Source of the DNA: a virus
Virus record (IMG/VR): IMGVR_UViG_3300028388_001496
Location: 15,317-79,316 of that record
Strand: one strand, 5' to 3'
Length of the DNA stretch: 64,000 nucleotides
Positions 28,531 to 41,400 of the stretch are shown here, one piece after another. The translations under genes were made by a program, and so were the position numbers. Under the pieces are notes generated by a model. That model was not told the DNA's origin. It saw only the letters and a list, made by a program, of their open reading frames with translations, and searched no databases. Numbering within the stretch: the first letter of the stretch is position 1; every line of letters starts with the position of its first letter.

Positions 28531-29697
28531 ATGGCACTAGGGGCAATTATGATGGGAGCAAATGCCGGTATGGGTATTATAAATTCTCTCATTCAGAATA
28601 AACAAGCAAAAGAAGCTGCAAAGGAGGCTATGGATATTTCTTTAGCTAATCGCCAGCGAACAGATCAATTTGAACTTGAAGAATTTCCTGAAGAAGGCTA
28701 CAGAGTTAGTAGCTTTTATCAGGCTTATGGTGGTAAATTACCTATGAAAGCAAGAGGAGGTAATCTTGCACCTATGTCTTCTGATATGGTTGATGTTGTA
28801 GGACCAAGACACTCTCAAGGTGGAGTTCAAATTGGAGGTGCAGAGGTAGAAGGTGGCGAAACTATTAAAGACGGTGAAAGAGTATATAGTGATCGACTAA
28901 AGTTTGCTCCTGGTATTACTTATGCTGATCAGGCTAAGAAATACGCTAAGATGAAAGCTAAGTTTGAGAAAAAACTTAATAGTGATAATCCTCTTGCTAT
29001 TAATACTGCTAAAAGAAAGATTCAAATTTTAGACAGTAAAGAAGATAAATTATTTGAACAACAAGAAACTAGTAAAATGGGATACGGAGGTAAAAAGTTA
29101 CAAGCAGGAGGTTTTCTTCAAAATTTCATGCCTTATGCTGATAATATAGTTAATGCTGGTCTTAGTTTCTTAACTCCTAAAGTACCTAAACCTAATCTGG
29201 TTAAACCAAGAAAACTAAATACCAACATAAATGTCAATCCTCAGTTAAATGCCGTATCAAGAGCCGAAGATGCCGCTAAGAACACGATTCTTAACAATAC
29301 TAATAATAGTGCTGTTGCTCGTAACGCTATTACTAGGGCAAGGCTACAAGGTTCTGAGCAAAAAGCGAATATTCTTGGTAGGAAAGAAAATCAAGAAACT
29401 CAATTGAGGAATCGTAATACAATGTTCCAGACTCAAACTGATCAAGCTAATGCTGCTAAAATGGATCAGTATAATCAAATGAAAATGGGTCGGTCTTCTG
29501 CTATTCTTAGTAATATTTCTCAGAATATTGCTGATGCTTCTAAAGATTGGACGGAACAACAAAACTTTAGTGCTAAAAAAGACTTTAACACCAAGCAACT
29601 TGCTGCTCTACTAGCTAGTGGAGATTTTGGAGAAGGTGATGTTCTTATGCGTAGGTTTAAAGAAATACTTGCTGGACTAAGAAAAAAGAATAACTAA
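28531..29697 (+). CDS. Cargo/ejection protein
   Basis: GPRHSQGGV..EVEGGE..VYSDRL motif, repeated xGG motifs, hydrophobic Gly-rich N-terminus, Gln/Asn-rich helices. Confidence 0.65.
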   Translation: MALGAIMMGANAGMGIINSLIQNKQAKEAAKEAMDISLANRQRTDQFELEEFPEEGYRVSSFYQAYGGKLPMKARGGNLAPMSSDMVDVVGPRHSQGGVQIGGAEVEGGETIKDGERVYSDRLKFAPGITYADQAKKYAKMKAKFEKKLNSDNPLAINTAKRKIQILDSKEDKLFEQQETSKMGYGGKKLQAGGFLQNFMPYADNIVNAGLSFLTPKVPKPNLVKPRKLNTNINVNPQLNAVSRAEDAAKNTILNNTNNSAVARNAITRARLQGSEQKANILGRKENQETQLRNRNTMFQTQTDQANAAKMDQYNQMKMGRSSAILSNISQNIADASKDWTEQQNFSAKKDFNTKQLAALLASGDFGEGDVLMRRFKEILAGLRKKNN

Positions 29698-32444
29698 TGT
29701 TTCCAAAGTTTTCATACAGTAACGCTAAGTTACAGGATTTCGGTGCCCCTATTAATATACTAGGTAAAGCTCTTGATGAAAGAGAAAAACGTGCTGAGTA
29801 TGTTATAGATGCTACTGAAAAATATAAACAGGCTCTTGCTAGTATGCCTGTTACTGCTGCTGATCAACCTAAATTAAAAGAGGCTCAAGATTATTTAGGT
29901 AATGTTGTTGGAGAGTATGCAGAAGGAGAAAGCTATGCAGATAAATATTTAGATACAAAACGACTTGCTAGTGATTTAGAAAGTCGTTTCGGTCTTTCTG
30001 CTATGCAACAACAGTATAAACAACAACAGGCTTATATTACTGATTTAAAAGAAAGGTATAAGCAAGGAGATATTAGTGCTGGTGATATGGATCGAGCTAT
30101 TGCTGAGACTCAATACTTAAATCGTAAGGGTGTTGAAAAAGGTGAGGCTGGTTGGAGATCTACATTTAGTGGTAGAAGAGTACTTAACAAATTTGATGCT
30201 GCTAAAGAAGCTGAAGATTTTATTAAAGGTATTAAAGCTAGTACTATTATTGATCCTGATACGGGTGCTACTTATCACTATAGTCAAGATGTTCAAGGAT
30301 ATATTAATGCTGATACTGGTGATGCTGTATCAGCAGATAGAGTAGCTAGTGCTGCCAGAGGATATTTAATGCAGAATCCTGATTTTCTTGATAAAGTTCA
30401 AGATGACGTTTATTACGAACTTAATGCTATGTTGCGTGATCCTGAAACAGGTAGACGTCGTGATATGACTGCTGAAGATTTTCAAGCATTAACTGGAGTC
30501 AGTGTATCTAAAGCATTAGGTGATGAATTTGGTGGCAAAAGTATAGAAGAATTACAAGAGGAAGGAGTTGATCTTGAAACTTTATATGGAAGACTAAGAG
30601 CTGAAAAAGAAGTAAATAATGCTATTGCTCCTGTAGTAGGTAAAAATGCATATGCACAACTTCGTCGTACTCACTTAACTGATTTTGTTTTCCGTCACGG
30701 GTTAACTAATTCTGGAAAAGATAAAACTGACCCAGTTGTAGCTCATTCTTATCTTGAAGCTTTTCATACAGAGGATCGTTATAATAGTGAAGATCTTGCA
30801 CTTGCTGGTCAAAATAGAGTTCAAGCACAAGACAGAATCAAATTTATCGAAGAAAACATTGATAATGTAGATTCTTTAGACCCCGAAACAGGCAAATCTT
30901 ATAAGCAAGAACTCATAGACCTTAGAGATGTTGTAGAAAGAACTACTGAAAATATTGATAAAGTTCTTGAATATTCTCCTACTGCTCAAAAACTAATTAC
31001 CAAAGCTGTTCAAAACGAGGGAGAACCTTATGATGTAAGTTTAAATTCAGGTTCTATTGATGGACTTGATATTAACAAAGGTCAAATGATGGATCTTGTT
31101 AATATCGCTATGAGTCGTGATCTTGAGTACGAAGATTTATCTCCTTTTATCGGCCTTGAAGAAGATACGCAAGAAGGAGCGTTAATGGAAGATACACCTA
31201 AAGCAAATGCTATAAGTGCATTAAAACACAAAGTAGAGCGTGTAGCTTCTGAAATTGAAGATAATATTGAAGATGAAGATATAGTTTATAATAGAACTTA
31301 TCATTATTTGAATCTTAATGAATTATCTGCTGAAGAACGTAGATCAAACAGTTATCATCAACTTGTTAGACAAGTTAAAAATATTCCAGAACAAAGTAGT
31401 AACTTCCATACGACATTTAAACCCGTTGGCGATGGTAGAGCTTTAGCTGAATCCATAGCTGATGAATTTAATGTAGAAGATGGAGATACTATCCAATGGG
31501 ATAAAGCCGTAATTACTCCTCTATTTGATAATCGTAAAGATGAGGATGGAAACTATAAACCTCTTTACGGTATAAAAGTTCCTATTAAAAGAAAAGATAA
31601 AGACAGTGAAGAAGCTAAAATGGCAACTGTAACTGCACACGGAAGTGATCCTAATAGAGATGCTAGATATATAGATGCTATGCAAGATTTGTATCGTAAA
31701 TATAGAAGTATTCCAAATCCTAATGCTACACAAACAAATGTATTAGAAGGTCTTGCTGTAAATCTATTTAATCTTACACCAGCAGGAAGGGAGTTTGATA
31801 TGTACGATTTGAGAGGGGCTAAAAATCGTCAAGTATTTGATATACCCTTAGATGATGAAGGATTAAGAGCAGATATTCAAGTCTTTACAAAAGGTTCTCC
31901 AGATAATAAGAAATACTATCTTATCGAGCCTAACAAAAAGGATAGAATGGGTAATCATATGTTCTATGCTGCTAATCAATATGGAGATATTAGCACTTAT
32001 ACTGCTGCTCAAATTCAAAGCAGCTCTGATCTTACTTCTATAGGTGCAAATACTCCTACAGGATTAAAGAAACAAATTGCTAATATGTGGGCACAAACTC
32101 GTCCTCAATATAGAGTCGATACTTCTCAACTAGTAGATGCTAAAGGCATTTTTGGTAATGATATTAAAGATGAATCTGTAGATACCAGAGTTACTCCTAA
32201 AGCTGCTGACAGTTTAAGAATAATGAAGAGTAGATATAGCGATTTAATATTAACTGACGGACTAAGAGAAGAAGGAGTTAGTTATGGTGCCAAAGACTCA
32301 ATACATAAAGAAGCAAATGCTGTAGATTTAAGAGATACTCCTGGAGCTAGAGAATTAGCACAAGAATCTCCTGAGAGTCTAAATTCTATGGGTATCGAAG
32401 AAATAAGCTTTCATAATAACCATTTTCACGTTGTATTCAAATGA
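29697..32444 (+). CDS. Ejection protein with C-terminal peptidase M15-like domain
   Basis: SIHKEANAVD (HxxxxAxD) and terminal HFH (HxH) LAS-type zinc ligands. Confidence 0.7.
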   Translation: MFPKFSYSNAKLQDFGAPINILGKALDEREKRAEYVIDATEKYKQALASMPVTAADQPKLKEAQDYLGNVVGEYAEGESYADKYLDTKRLASDLESRFGLSAMQQQYKQQQAYITDLKERYKQGDISAGDMDRAIAETQYLNRKGVEKGEAGWRSTFSGRRVLNKFDAAKEAEDFIKGIKASTIIDPDTGATYHYSQDVQGYINADTGDAVSADRVASAARGYLMQNPDFLDKVQDDVYYELNAMLRDPETGRRRDMTAEDFQALTGVSVSKALGDEFGGKSIEELQEEGVDLETLYGRLRAEKEVNNAIAPVVGKNAYAQLRRTHLTDFVFRHGLTNSGKDKTDPVVAHSYLEAFHTEDRYNSEDLALAGQNRVQAQDRIKFIEENIDNVDSLDPETGKSYKQELIDLRDVVERTTENIDKVLEYSPTAQKLITKAVQNEGEPYDVSLNSGSIDGLDINKGQMMDLVNIAMSRDLEYEDLSPFIGLEEDTQEGALMEDTPKANAISALKHKVERVASEIEDNIEDEDIVYNRTYHYLNLNELSAEERRSNSYHQLVRQVKNIPEQSSNFHTTFKPVGDGRALAESIADEFNVEDGDTIQWDKAVITPLFDNRKDEDGNYKPLYGIKVPIKRKDKDSEEAKMATVTAHGSDPNRDARYIDAMQDLYRKYRSIPNPNATQTNVLEGLAVNLFNLTPAGREFDMYDLRGAKNRQVFDIPLDDEGLRADIQVFTKGSPDNKKYYLIEPNKKDRMGNHMFYAANQYGDISTYTAAQIQSSSDLTSIGANTPTGLKKQIANMWAQTRPQYRVDTSQLVDAKGIFGNDIKDESVDTRVTPKAADSLRIMKSRYSDLILTDGLREEGVSYGAKDSIHKEANAVDLRDTPGARELAQESPESLNSMGIEEISFHNNHFHVVFK

Positions 32445-35400
32445 GAAAGAGCATTGGAGAATTAATGAAAAACCAGAATACGAATCCTACTCCTGACCCT
32501 AAAGAGGGTAGGAGTATTGGAGCTTCTGGAGCTAAGTTAAGCAGACCGTTTAGTGAAGGTGATGAAACTTATGTTGAAACCGAAGCTTATAAGCCTTATT
32601 TAGGTGCCCCTAAAGGTGCTTCTGCTTTTAACTTTGACATGGATTATGAAAGAGCTAGAGCATTAGGTCAATCTAACTGGGAACAAGCTGGTAATGCAGT
32701 AGCTAGATTACTCCCTAATACTATTCTAGAAATTGCTAATCAGGTAGGTGCTACTCTTGATTTAGAGGATTATGCCAATGCTGATGGTGAGATAGGTAAC
32801 TGGTTGAGCAAGTGGGCATTGGAGCGTCAGCAAGATATTAATGAAGCATTACCTATATATAGAGAACAACCTGATCGTGCTTTAGATGTTGGAGATTTTG
32901 CATGGTGGATGGAGAACGGTTCTGAGTTAGTTAAATCTGCTACTGCTTTTGTTGCTCTTGGTTATGGTGTAGGAGTTGGTTTAGGTTCTTTAGGTACTTT
33001 ATCAAAAGGTACAAGAGCTGTAAAATGGTTAGAAAGTATTGCTGGAGTTGATAACGTAGCTAAAGGAGCACAAGCAGCTGGAGCACTTACTAATGCTTAT
33101 ATTCTTAACCATGCTGAAGGATATGGAATAGCTGTAAATGTTTTTGATGAAACTTATAAAGAAGCTCTTCAAAAATATTCTAATACACCTGATGTAAGTC
33201 CTGAAGAAGCTGATAGACTAGCTCGTAGAGATGCTGCTCGTAAAGGTGAAAATGCTTTAAATCTTAATAAAGCTAATATAGCTCTTAACTTATCTAGTGC
33301 GGCTATGTTCCTGAAAGCTCCGATGCTTACAAGACATATCCTGAAAAAGCCTAATCTTCTCAGAAGTCTTAAACGCACAGGAGTTGAAGGGTTACAGGAA
33401 TCTGCTGAAGAAACTATTAACCTTATCGCAGAAAAACGTGCTTTGGCTGATGATTTCTCTTTATCGGCTATGATTGACGATGCTTTCACTAGAGAAGGTG
33501 CTGAAGCTGCATTTTTAGGTTTTCTTGGTGGTGCCGGTCAAACAGGAATGACCCTGGCAGGCCGTGATTTAAAAATACGCAGAGATAGTGAAGGTAACAG
33601 GGTAAGTGATAATCAACTCTTACGGGATCGTCTGTCTACTCAAGAGGAACAAATGGCAAAGTGGGATGCTATGAGTAAAGCAGAGAAAATATCGTCTGTT
33701 ACGGATGCTTTTCTCAATCTTAACGAACAGGCTAAAGCGTTCCAAGCATACGAGGCCGTTAAAGATAGTGATCCAGTAAAAGCTGAACAGATTGCTAATA
33801 AAATATTTGCTAATCAAGTTTATGCTGCATTTAATACTGGTACTACAGAGAGATTTGAGCAAATTTTCGATGAGATTTCAAAGTTAGATGAAGACCAAGC
33901 TAAAGCAAAAGGACTTGATCCTAAAACTTATAAGCAAAAAGCTACTGAAGCTAAAGAAACAATTAAAAGTCTAGAGAAACCTTTTGTAGAATCTAGAGGT
34001 TATCTTAATGCAAATAAAGTATATGGTAATCAAGCTGAATTAGCTTATTACAGGAGAGAAGAAGATAAGTTAAAAAAAGAACAAGAAAATCTTCTTAATA
34101 GTATTATTCAGTATGGTGCAGATCGTAAATTAGATATGACTGCTGAGAGTGTTGAGAACTGGAAAGGTGTTCAAGACCTTCCTGAATATGCTCAATACAC
34201 AGCTAATAAAGCTGCTTTAAATGTTATTGAAGATCGTAAAAAGTTTCTTGTTGATGAGTATGCTGAGATTACATCCAGAAAATATCAAAATAAACTTAAA
34301 GAGGATGATAGAGAAAGGATAAATAATCTTAAAAGTGAAGAAGAAAATCAAAAAGGAGCTACAGCTAAAGCAAATACTGTTGCAAAATCTAAAAATGTTA
34401 AAAAGAGCATTAAGAAAAAGCAAGAGGCGACTCCGCCTGTGGAGCCGACTACAGTTGCTGAAGAACCTGCTTCGATAGCTCAAGTAGATTTTGGTCCAGG
34501 AGCTGAACAAGCTACTGAAGCTGCTAATAAAGTACTAGCAGATAAACGTACTAAAGTTGATACTAAAATTCAACAACTTGAAACCTTTAGAAATAAAGTT
34601 AATGAAAGTAGTGATGAGGTATTAAAAAATAAAGTTAATATCCAAGTTGCTCAAGCTATTAGAGTTCTAAAAGCTGAAAAAACTCAACAAGAACTTAAAT
34701 CAAAAGAAGAGGATCAAAATAACAGTGCTATTGAGGGTATAGCTACAGATCTTGCTAATGATTTTGAAGAAGACTTTTCTCCAGCTAGTGAAAATTTAGA
34801 AAAACAAAGAAGTCGTATTAATAAAATGCTCGATTTGCTGGGTTCTATCGAGGCTACTGGTACAGACATTACTAATTTTCAAGAAGTTGGTACGAAAATA
34901 AAAGGAGTACTGGGTGAGGATCGTTTTATTCGTTACTATCAACAGTTTCAAGACCTATATAATATTGCTGTACCAGAAGGTAAAAATAATCAACCCTATG
35001 AAGAACTTTTCTTAGACCCTGCACAAGAAAGAGAAATTTTAGCTAATGACAGGAGTATTGCTCAAGCAGCTTTACCAGCTCAAGTTTTTAAACTTACTGA
35101 ACAGGAGCTTTTAGAAGAAATTGACAAGGGTTATACCAAAATCCTGGAAGATCAGGGTTACAAGAGATATAAAAAAGAAAATGCTACAGAAGAAGGTAAA
35201 CGACTTGATGTTGCCCACAATACAGTAGCTCACAAGGACAAAGATTACCGATATACCGCAAAAAGCAGTAAAACGGATAGGTTCAATGTACTCAATTTTA
35301 CTTTAGGTAAAACTGATCTTAATACTTATTTTACTAAAAATGCTGATGAAGCAGTATTAGATTTTGATAAGATTAATGTAGGTAGTAAAGTTACTTTTAA

Positions 35401-38400
35401 AGTTGTACCAGAAGTTGTGTATGACGATGGTACAGTTGTAAGGAGAAGATTTATTGAATGGGAAAAAGGTCATAGAGTTGATGGTGCTGATATAGTTAGG
35501 GATGATTTATCGACAATAGATGATGAATTTCTTGGTGATATTGTCGATCAAGCAAAATCAGCAAAAATAGTAAAAATTAACGGAGAAAATGAAAGAGGAG
35601 TAAGTGCTGACATAAGAGTTGTAACTGATGATGGTGCTCAAACTTTTACTGTTTTTCTAAAAAGTAATAGAAAAGAATTTGTAGAAAAAGTTAAAGACGG
35701 TAATGTACAAGTTCTGCCTATGGTAACAGATGCTCCTATTGCTATGTTCTGGAAAGGACGTAGAATTAATGGTGCTTATTTACACCTGCCTGAATGGATT
35801 CGTCCTGATAACGTAAGAGGAGTTGAACAAAGTGTAGAAGAACAAAAAGCAAGACTTACTGCAATTCGTGATGCTGTTATTCGTAATGGAGAAATTACAT
35901 TTGAAATTACTGAAAGAGGAGATGGATTTCCATTAGTAGATCCTAATGGCATTAAAAATAAAACATCTGCTGCTATGCCAGAAGCAACGCTTGCAGTAGG
36001 TAAAGATGGTTATTTTAAAAAGGGTATTAATAGCCATGAAGTAATTAATAAATATATTCCTGCTGATGGTTGGTTGTATGGTATATTCCCTGTAAATAAA
36101 AATAAAAACTGGGCTACTCCATTAAAACCTTCTTCGTTAGAAGAGCATCCTGATTATGTTAGTACTTTAACTCAAGTTTTACAAGCTCATTTAATTGGTG
36201 CTGAAACTAAATTAGTTAAAGACATTCGTGATGAGCTAAGTATCGACATTCTTACTTTACCTGGCCTCAAACAGTTTTTTGACTTGTTTGTTTATACTAG
36301 CCAGAAGAAGGATAATAATGATGATTTTAAAGCTAGAGTTGATAGTATTAGAGATGAAGAAGCTTTAATAGAATTTACTGACTATACTATTAGGTTTTCC
36401 AGAGGTAATAATAATGGTAATACTACTGAAACATTAAGTTCTGAGCGTATTAGAACTATGAATGTTCCTGCTTCTGAAAGAGTTATTACTAAAGCAGTAA
36501 AAAATCTACAAAAGGTTCTTTATAATCGTTCTATAAATCCAGTTGCTAACAGGTTTGGTAAAAAAGATTTTAAACTTCCAATTATACGAAATGGTGAACT
36601 TAAAGTACAGACTTATGATTCCTATGATAATTTTATCAAAGATCATAGCTATACTGCTAATTACAGCTATACCTTACCTAGCGGTAAAACTATATACACT
36701 GCTCAAAGTACTCTTAGATTTGATGAAACAAGAGTTATTAAACCTGAAGTACCAACTGAGTTAGAAACAGTAGAAGAGCCTATAGAATCTGCTCAAGAAT
36801 CTGAAGAAGATTTTGATCTTCTTGCAGGTTTTGAAGAAGATTTTGCTCCAAAGTCTTTGTCAAGACAACAAAGAAGAACTATTAAAAGAACTACTCCTGA
36901 TGAATTAGATATTAAAGGAGTAAGTGTCAGAATACAAGAAGCTATTATAAATCATTTAGTAGCTGAAGTTGTAACTAGGTATGCTAAAAAAGGAGATCTT
37001 AATGCATTTACTTATTTAGATATTTTTAGAAAGAATAAGCTAAGTACTTTTAGGAAAATGTATGAGGAGGCTATTGAAAATGCTAAATCAGATAACCTTA
37101 AAAAGCAACTTAAAAGTAAGCTTAATATTGTTAATTCTTTAGATGAGAATTATAACAAGATTTTAGCTATGACCGTTGAACGGTTACAGCGTGTTAACGG
37201 TTTAGTTTTGGATGGTCGTACCATTCGTAAAATAACTAAAGACATTAAGGAGGATAATCTTGATTTTGAAGAAAAGGTAAATGATGATGGAGAGGTAAGA
37301 CAAGAAAACTGGCAGACTAACATATTCAAAACTGATTACAGAGAAAAAGTAAGTGCCGAAGTTAAAAACTTACTTACTGGAATTAAGAAAATAAAAGAGG
37401 ACGGTTCTGTTGAAAAAACTGTCTTTGGTTTAGATGCTGTATTACCTTTTGATAGAGTATTTAATGATGTTACTGCTATTACTGCTTTTAGTAATAAAGG
37501 AGAAGATGCTATATCTGGACCTAATTTTGATAATCTAGTAAAGCTTATAGAAGATCAGGTAGAAAACAAGCCTTATTTGCAACAAGTTGTAGATACGCTT
37601 AGAGATGCTGATCCTCAAACTCAAAAGCAGTTTACTAGAGTAATGAGTAAGCACTATACTCATCATATCTATGCCTTTAAAACAGAAGATGAAGACGGTG
37701 TTCCAAAAATTTTCTATTCTAATAGTGATAGAAATTCCCTACAAAATGCTATTAGAGATCGTTGGGCTGCCAACTTAATGGCTAGTAAACTTGTTACTGT
37801 TAATGATAGAGGTACTCAACTTAAATTAAGAGCTTCTGAAGTTAATAAGCTTAGGAAGTTACAAAAAGAGATTGCTGATGATCCTAAAAACGAAGAAAAC
37901 ATTCCTAAACTTGTTAAATTATTTAATGATTTAGGTGTTGATGTTCCTACTAGGTTTGTTGAAAGAATTTTTAACAATCAATTTGTAATGAATGGACGAA
38001 TTGTACCTACAAAAGAAGTTGTAGCAGGTTCTAGTGGATTCATTAAAAATTACCTAGATAGATTAGATGCTCTTAAAGGCAAAGATCTTCTAAAAGAAAA
38101 GCTCTATGAGAATTTTGGAGCTATGAATACTTTTATTGAAGAAGCTGCTAAAGTCTATCCTAGTTACTATGCACACTCCTTTAAAGATGTTAGAGGAGAA
38201 AATTACTTTGGTTATTCTCAGAATAAGTTTATTGTAGATAGGATAAAACAACTTAAAACTGATCCTGATCTTATTGATCGTCTTCAAAAGCAACCTTTTA
38301 CTCGTAAAAGTTGGATGCTTACTAAGTTGACTGAGAATAATAACGATGGAATGAATTACCTTCAATATAAAACTATTGATGGTATAAATGATGGTAGAGA

Positions 38401-41400
38401 AGGTTCTAAATACCATCAAATGACTACTCAAGAACAAGAGTTGTTTAAAGTAGGTTTATTCTATTCAGAAAATAAATATAATAGAAGTGAGGATGAAAGA
38501 TATATAGTAAATACTATGTATCCTACTTTATCTGACAAAGAAACTGCATATTCACTTAGATTTTTAAGTAGAGATTTTACTAAGGGTGCTTTAAATGGCG
38601 ACTTAAATATTCAATGGGCTAAAGCGTTATTCAATAATATAGTAATGCCAGAGGCCAGGAGAAAGTACACTAAGCAAGTCAATCCTGAGAATTTTGAGTA
38701 CTCAGGAATGAATGAAGGTAGTGATGTGTTTTTGTTGTTCCCAGAATTGAACATGGTAAAAGAAATGTTTGAAGAGGGTACTCACGTTATAAAAGACTTA
38801 GATACAGATAAAAAAGCCTATAACGCTGGTGTAGAAGCTTTCAAAAGAATTGTCGATAACCTTGCTAAAAAACGTCTTGATACGTTTAAAGGTCTAGGAA
38901 TTGTTGAAACAGTAGAGGGTCAGAATAATGCTCCTAGTAAAGAAATCCTAACTATGGTACCTCGTAAAAAAGGTACTACTGCTCTACAGGAAGCATATAA
39001 CTATGAGATCAATTACCTGTTGAGTAATATGGGTGTTTTTCAATTGTTTACGACTGATCCTGCAAACTACTTCAAATCAAAACATTGGAAAACTGTAGCT
39101 GAAAGAGTAGGTACAAGTACTCGTATGGCTACTCTTCCTTTTTATACTTTAGAAGATTTTCAAAAAGAGCATGATGATACCTTTGATAATATGGGTAAAC
39201 GTCTTGCTGCTGATTCTGCTCCAGGTGAAGATATACCTGGTAGTGATAGTGATTCATTTACTATTGCTCACGTTTCTGATACAGAAACAGAGTCTATGTT
39301 CATGGATTATTATAATTCTATACTTGATAAAGCTGATGCAGATCAATATAAGAAAATGGCAGATACTGATGCTCAGGAATATACTACTATAGAAGAGCAT
39401 CTAAAAATAATGGAAAGCCTTGGAGAGATAAGTAATTCACAAAGAAGAAGTTTACTTATCAAAGAAGGTAAAGGTACTCTTACGGGAGAAGATTTAGATG
39501 TTATTCTTCAACCTATGAAGCCACGTTATGTAACTAACAAGTGGAATGGGCCGATAGAAAGAAGGATTTACATTAAGTCTTCCAGTTTCCCGTTAATAAA
39601 ACAACTTACTAAGGGATTAGAGATAGATAAACTACGCGAAGCTATGCATAAAGCTAAGATAGATCGTGTTGTTTATAATACTGCTTTTAAAGTAGGTGGA
39701 AATCTTGAAACTAGTGCTGTCTTTAATGGAGATGGAACTGCTGTTGATAAGCTTGTGGAAACTCTGAGCAGGGGTGAAATCTCTGGGTTACCTCGTACAG
39801 GCATGAAAATTCAACAGCAAGTTCCTCCCTCCATTCGACTTGGAGATGGTAAAAGTGATAAGAATTATATTACTAATCCAACTCAATTAGTAGCTCTTAT
39901 TACTAGTATGTTTAGAGAAGAGGCTGCTTTTGATATTTCTGGTAAGAAAAATGCTAAAGGTAAAGAAGTTCAAGATCGTTTGAATGAAAATTATCAAAAA
40001 CTTTATCAATATAAGTTTGAAGAACTTAGAAAAGAACTAGGATATGATCCTATTACTAATACTTTAAATACAGGTAGGCTTAGAAATATTCTTCAAGCTG
40101 AAGCTATAGAAAGAGATTATCCTTTATACGACTTACTAGCTTTTGATATTACCGGCGAGGGAAAATTTCAAGTTCCTTTGTGGGCAACTGGTGTTTCTGC
40201 TAAGATTCAGAGTATGCTCAACTCCATTGTGTTCAATCGGATGATCCGGCACCGCCCTAGAGGACAATCCTATGTACTTGGTAGTAATATGGGTTTCAAA
40301 CCTGTAATTAAAGAAGGTACAGAAGCAGATGAAGTTATACAATCTGAAACAGGAATTGTATTCGATCAATCCTGGCTTAAAGAAAGTGGAGGAACATTAC
40401 GCCCTATGCGTATTGAAAGAGGTGAAGTAAAGCCTGCTGAAGTTATTGCTCCATTTAGAATGTACGATAAGACTGGAAAGAGATTACAACTTTCTAAATA
40501 TGTTGATGCAAATGGTAACATAGATACATCTAAACTTGATCCTGAAGTTCTTGAAATGCTTGGATTTAGGATTCCAACTCAGGGTGTTAAATCTATGTCT
40601 TATATTAAAATTGTAGGATTTTTACCAGAAGCTTCTGGAGATTTATTATTAGCTCCTTCTGAATTTACTATTCAAATGGGTAGTGACTTTGATATTGATA
40701 AGCTTTACGCTTTAATGTATCATACAAACGTTACTGAAAATGGTAAAGTATCTGTTTATAAAGGAGGTAGTGTTTCTAAAACTATTGATAATGATAATCT
40801 AAGATTATATTTCTCAGTACTTAAAAGCAATAGTACTTATGTACAAAAACAAATTGCTAGTCCTCTTGATTTTGGTCAACTTAAAGACTTAGCTGACGAA
40901 ATTTATCCTATTGTAAAAGAGCAAGAAGATTATATAGGAATTAGTGAAGGATACCAAGCTTATAAATACAATAACGCTAGAGCTGGTAAACTTGCTGTAG
41001 GTGTATTCAGTAATGATATGCGTCTTATGGCTAACTTTGCAGATACAGGAGTTTATTGGAGAACTAAAAAAGGAAAGCAATTAAGTTTTAATATTGGTGG
41101 TGTTAGAAATACTCCTTTAAGTTATCCTAGAGCACAGACTAAGCCTAAAGCTGCTGTAATTGAAGCTTTTCAATCTCTTGCTGTAGATAACGAAAACGAA
41201 CAGGCATTACACAAACTTAATATTAATAATAGAACCTTTGGATTTATTCGTGCTATGGCAATGAGTGGATTTGAAGAAGATATTATTAGTTATGTTCTTG
41301 CTCAACCTATTGTTATTGATTATGTAAACGAGTTACTTAAAGGTGCAACTGAAAATGAAGCCAATTCTCGTGCTAGGGCACCGTTTGTAGTAGAAGAAGA

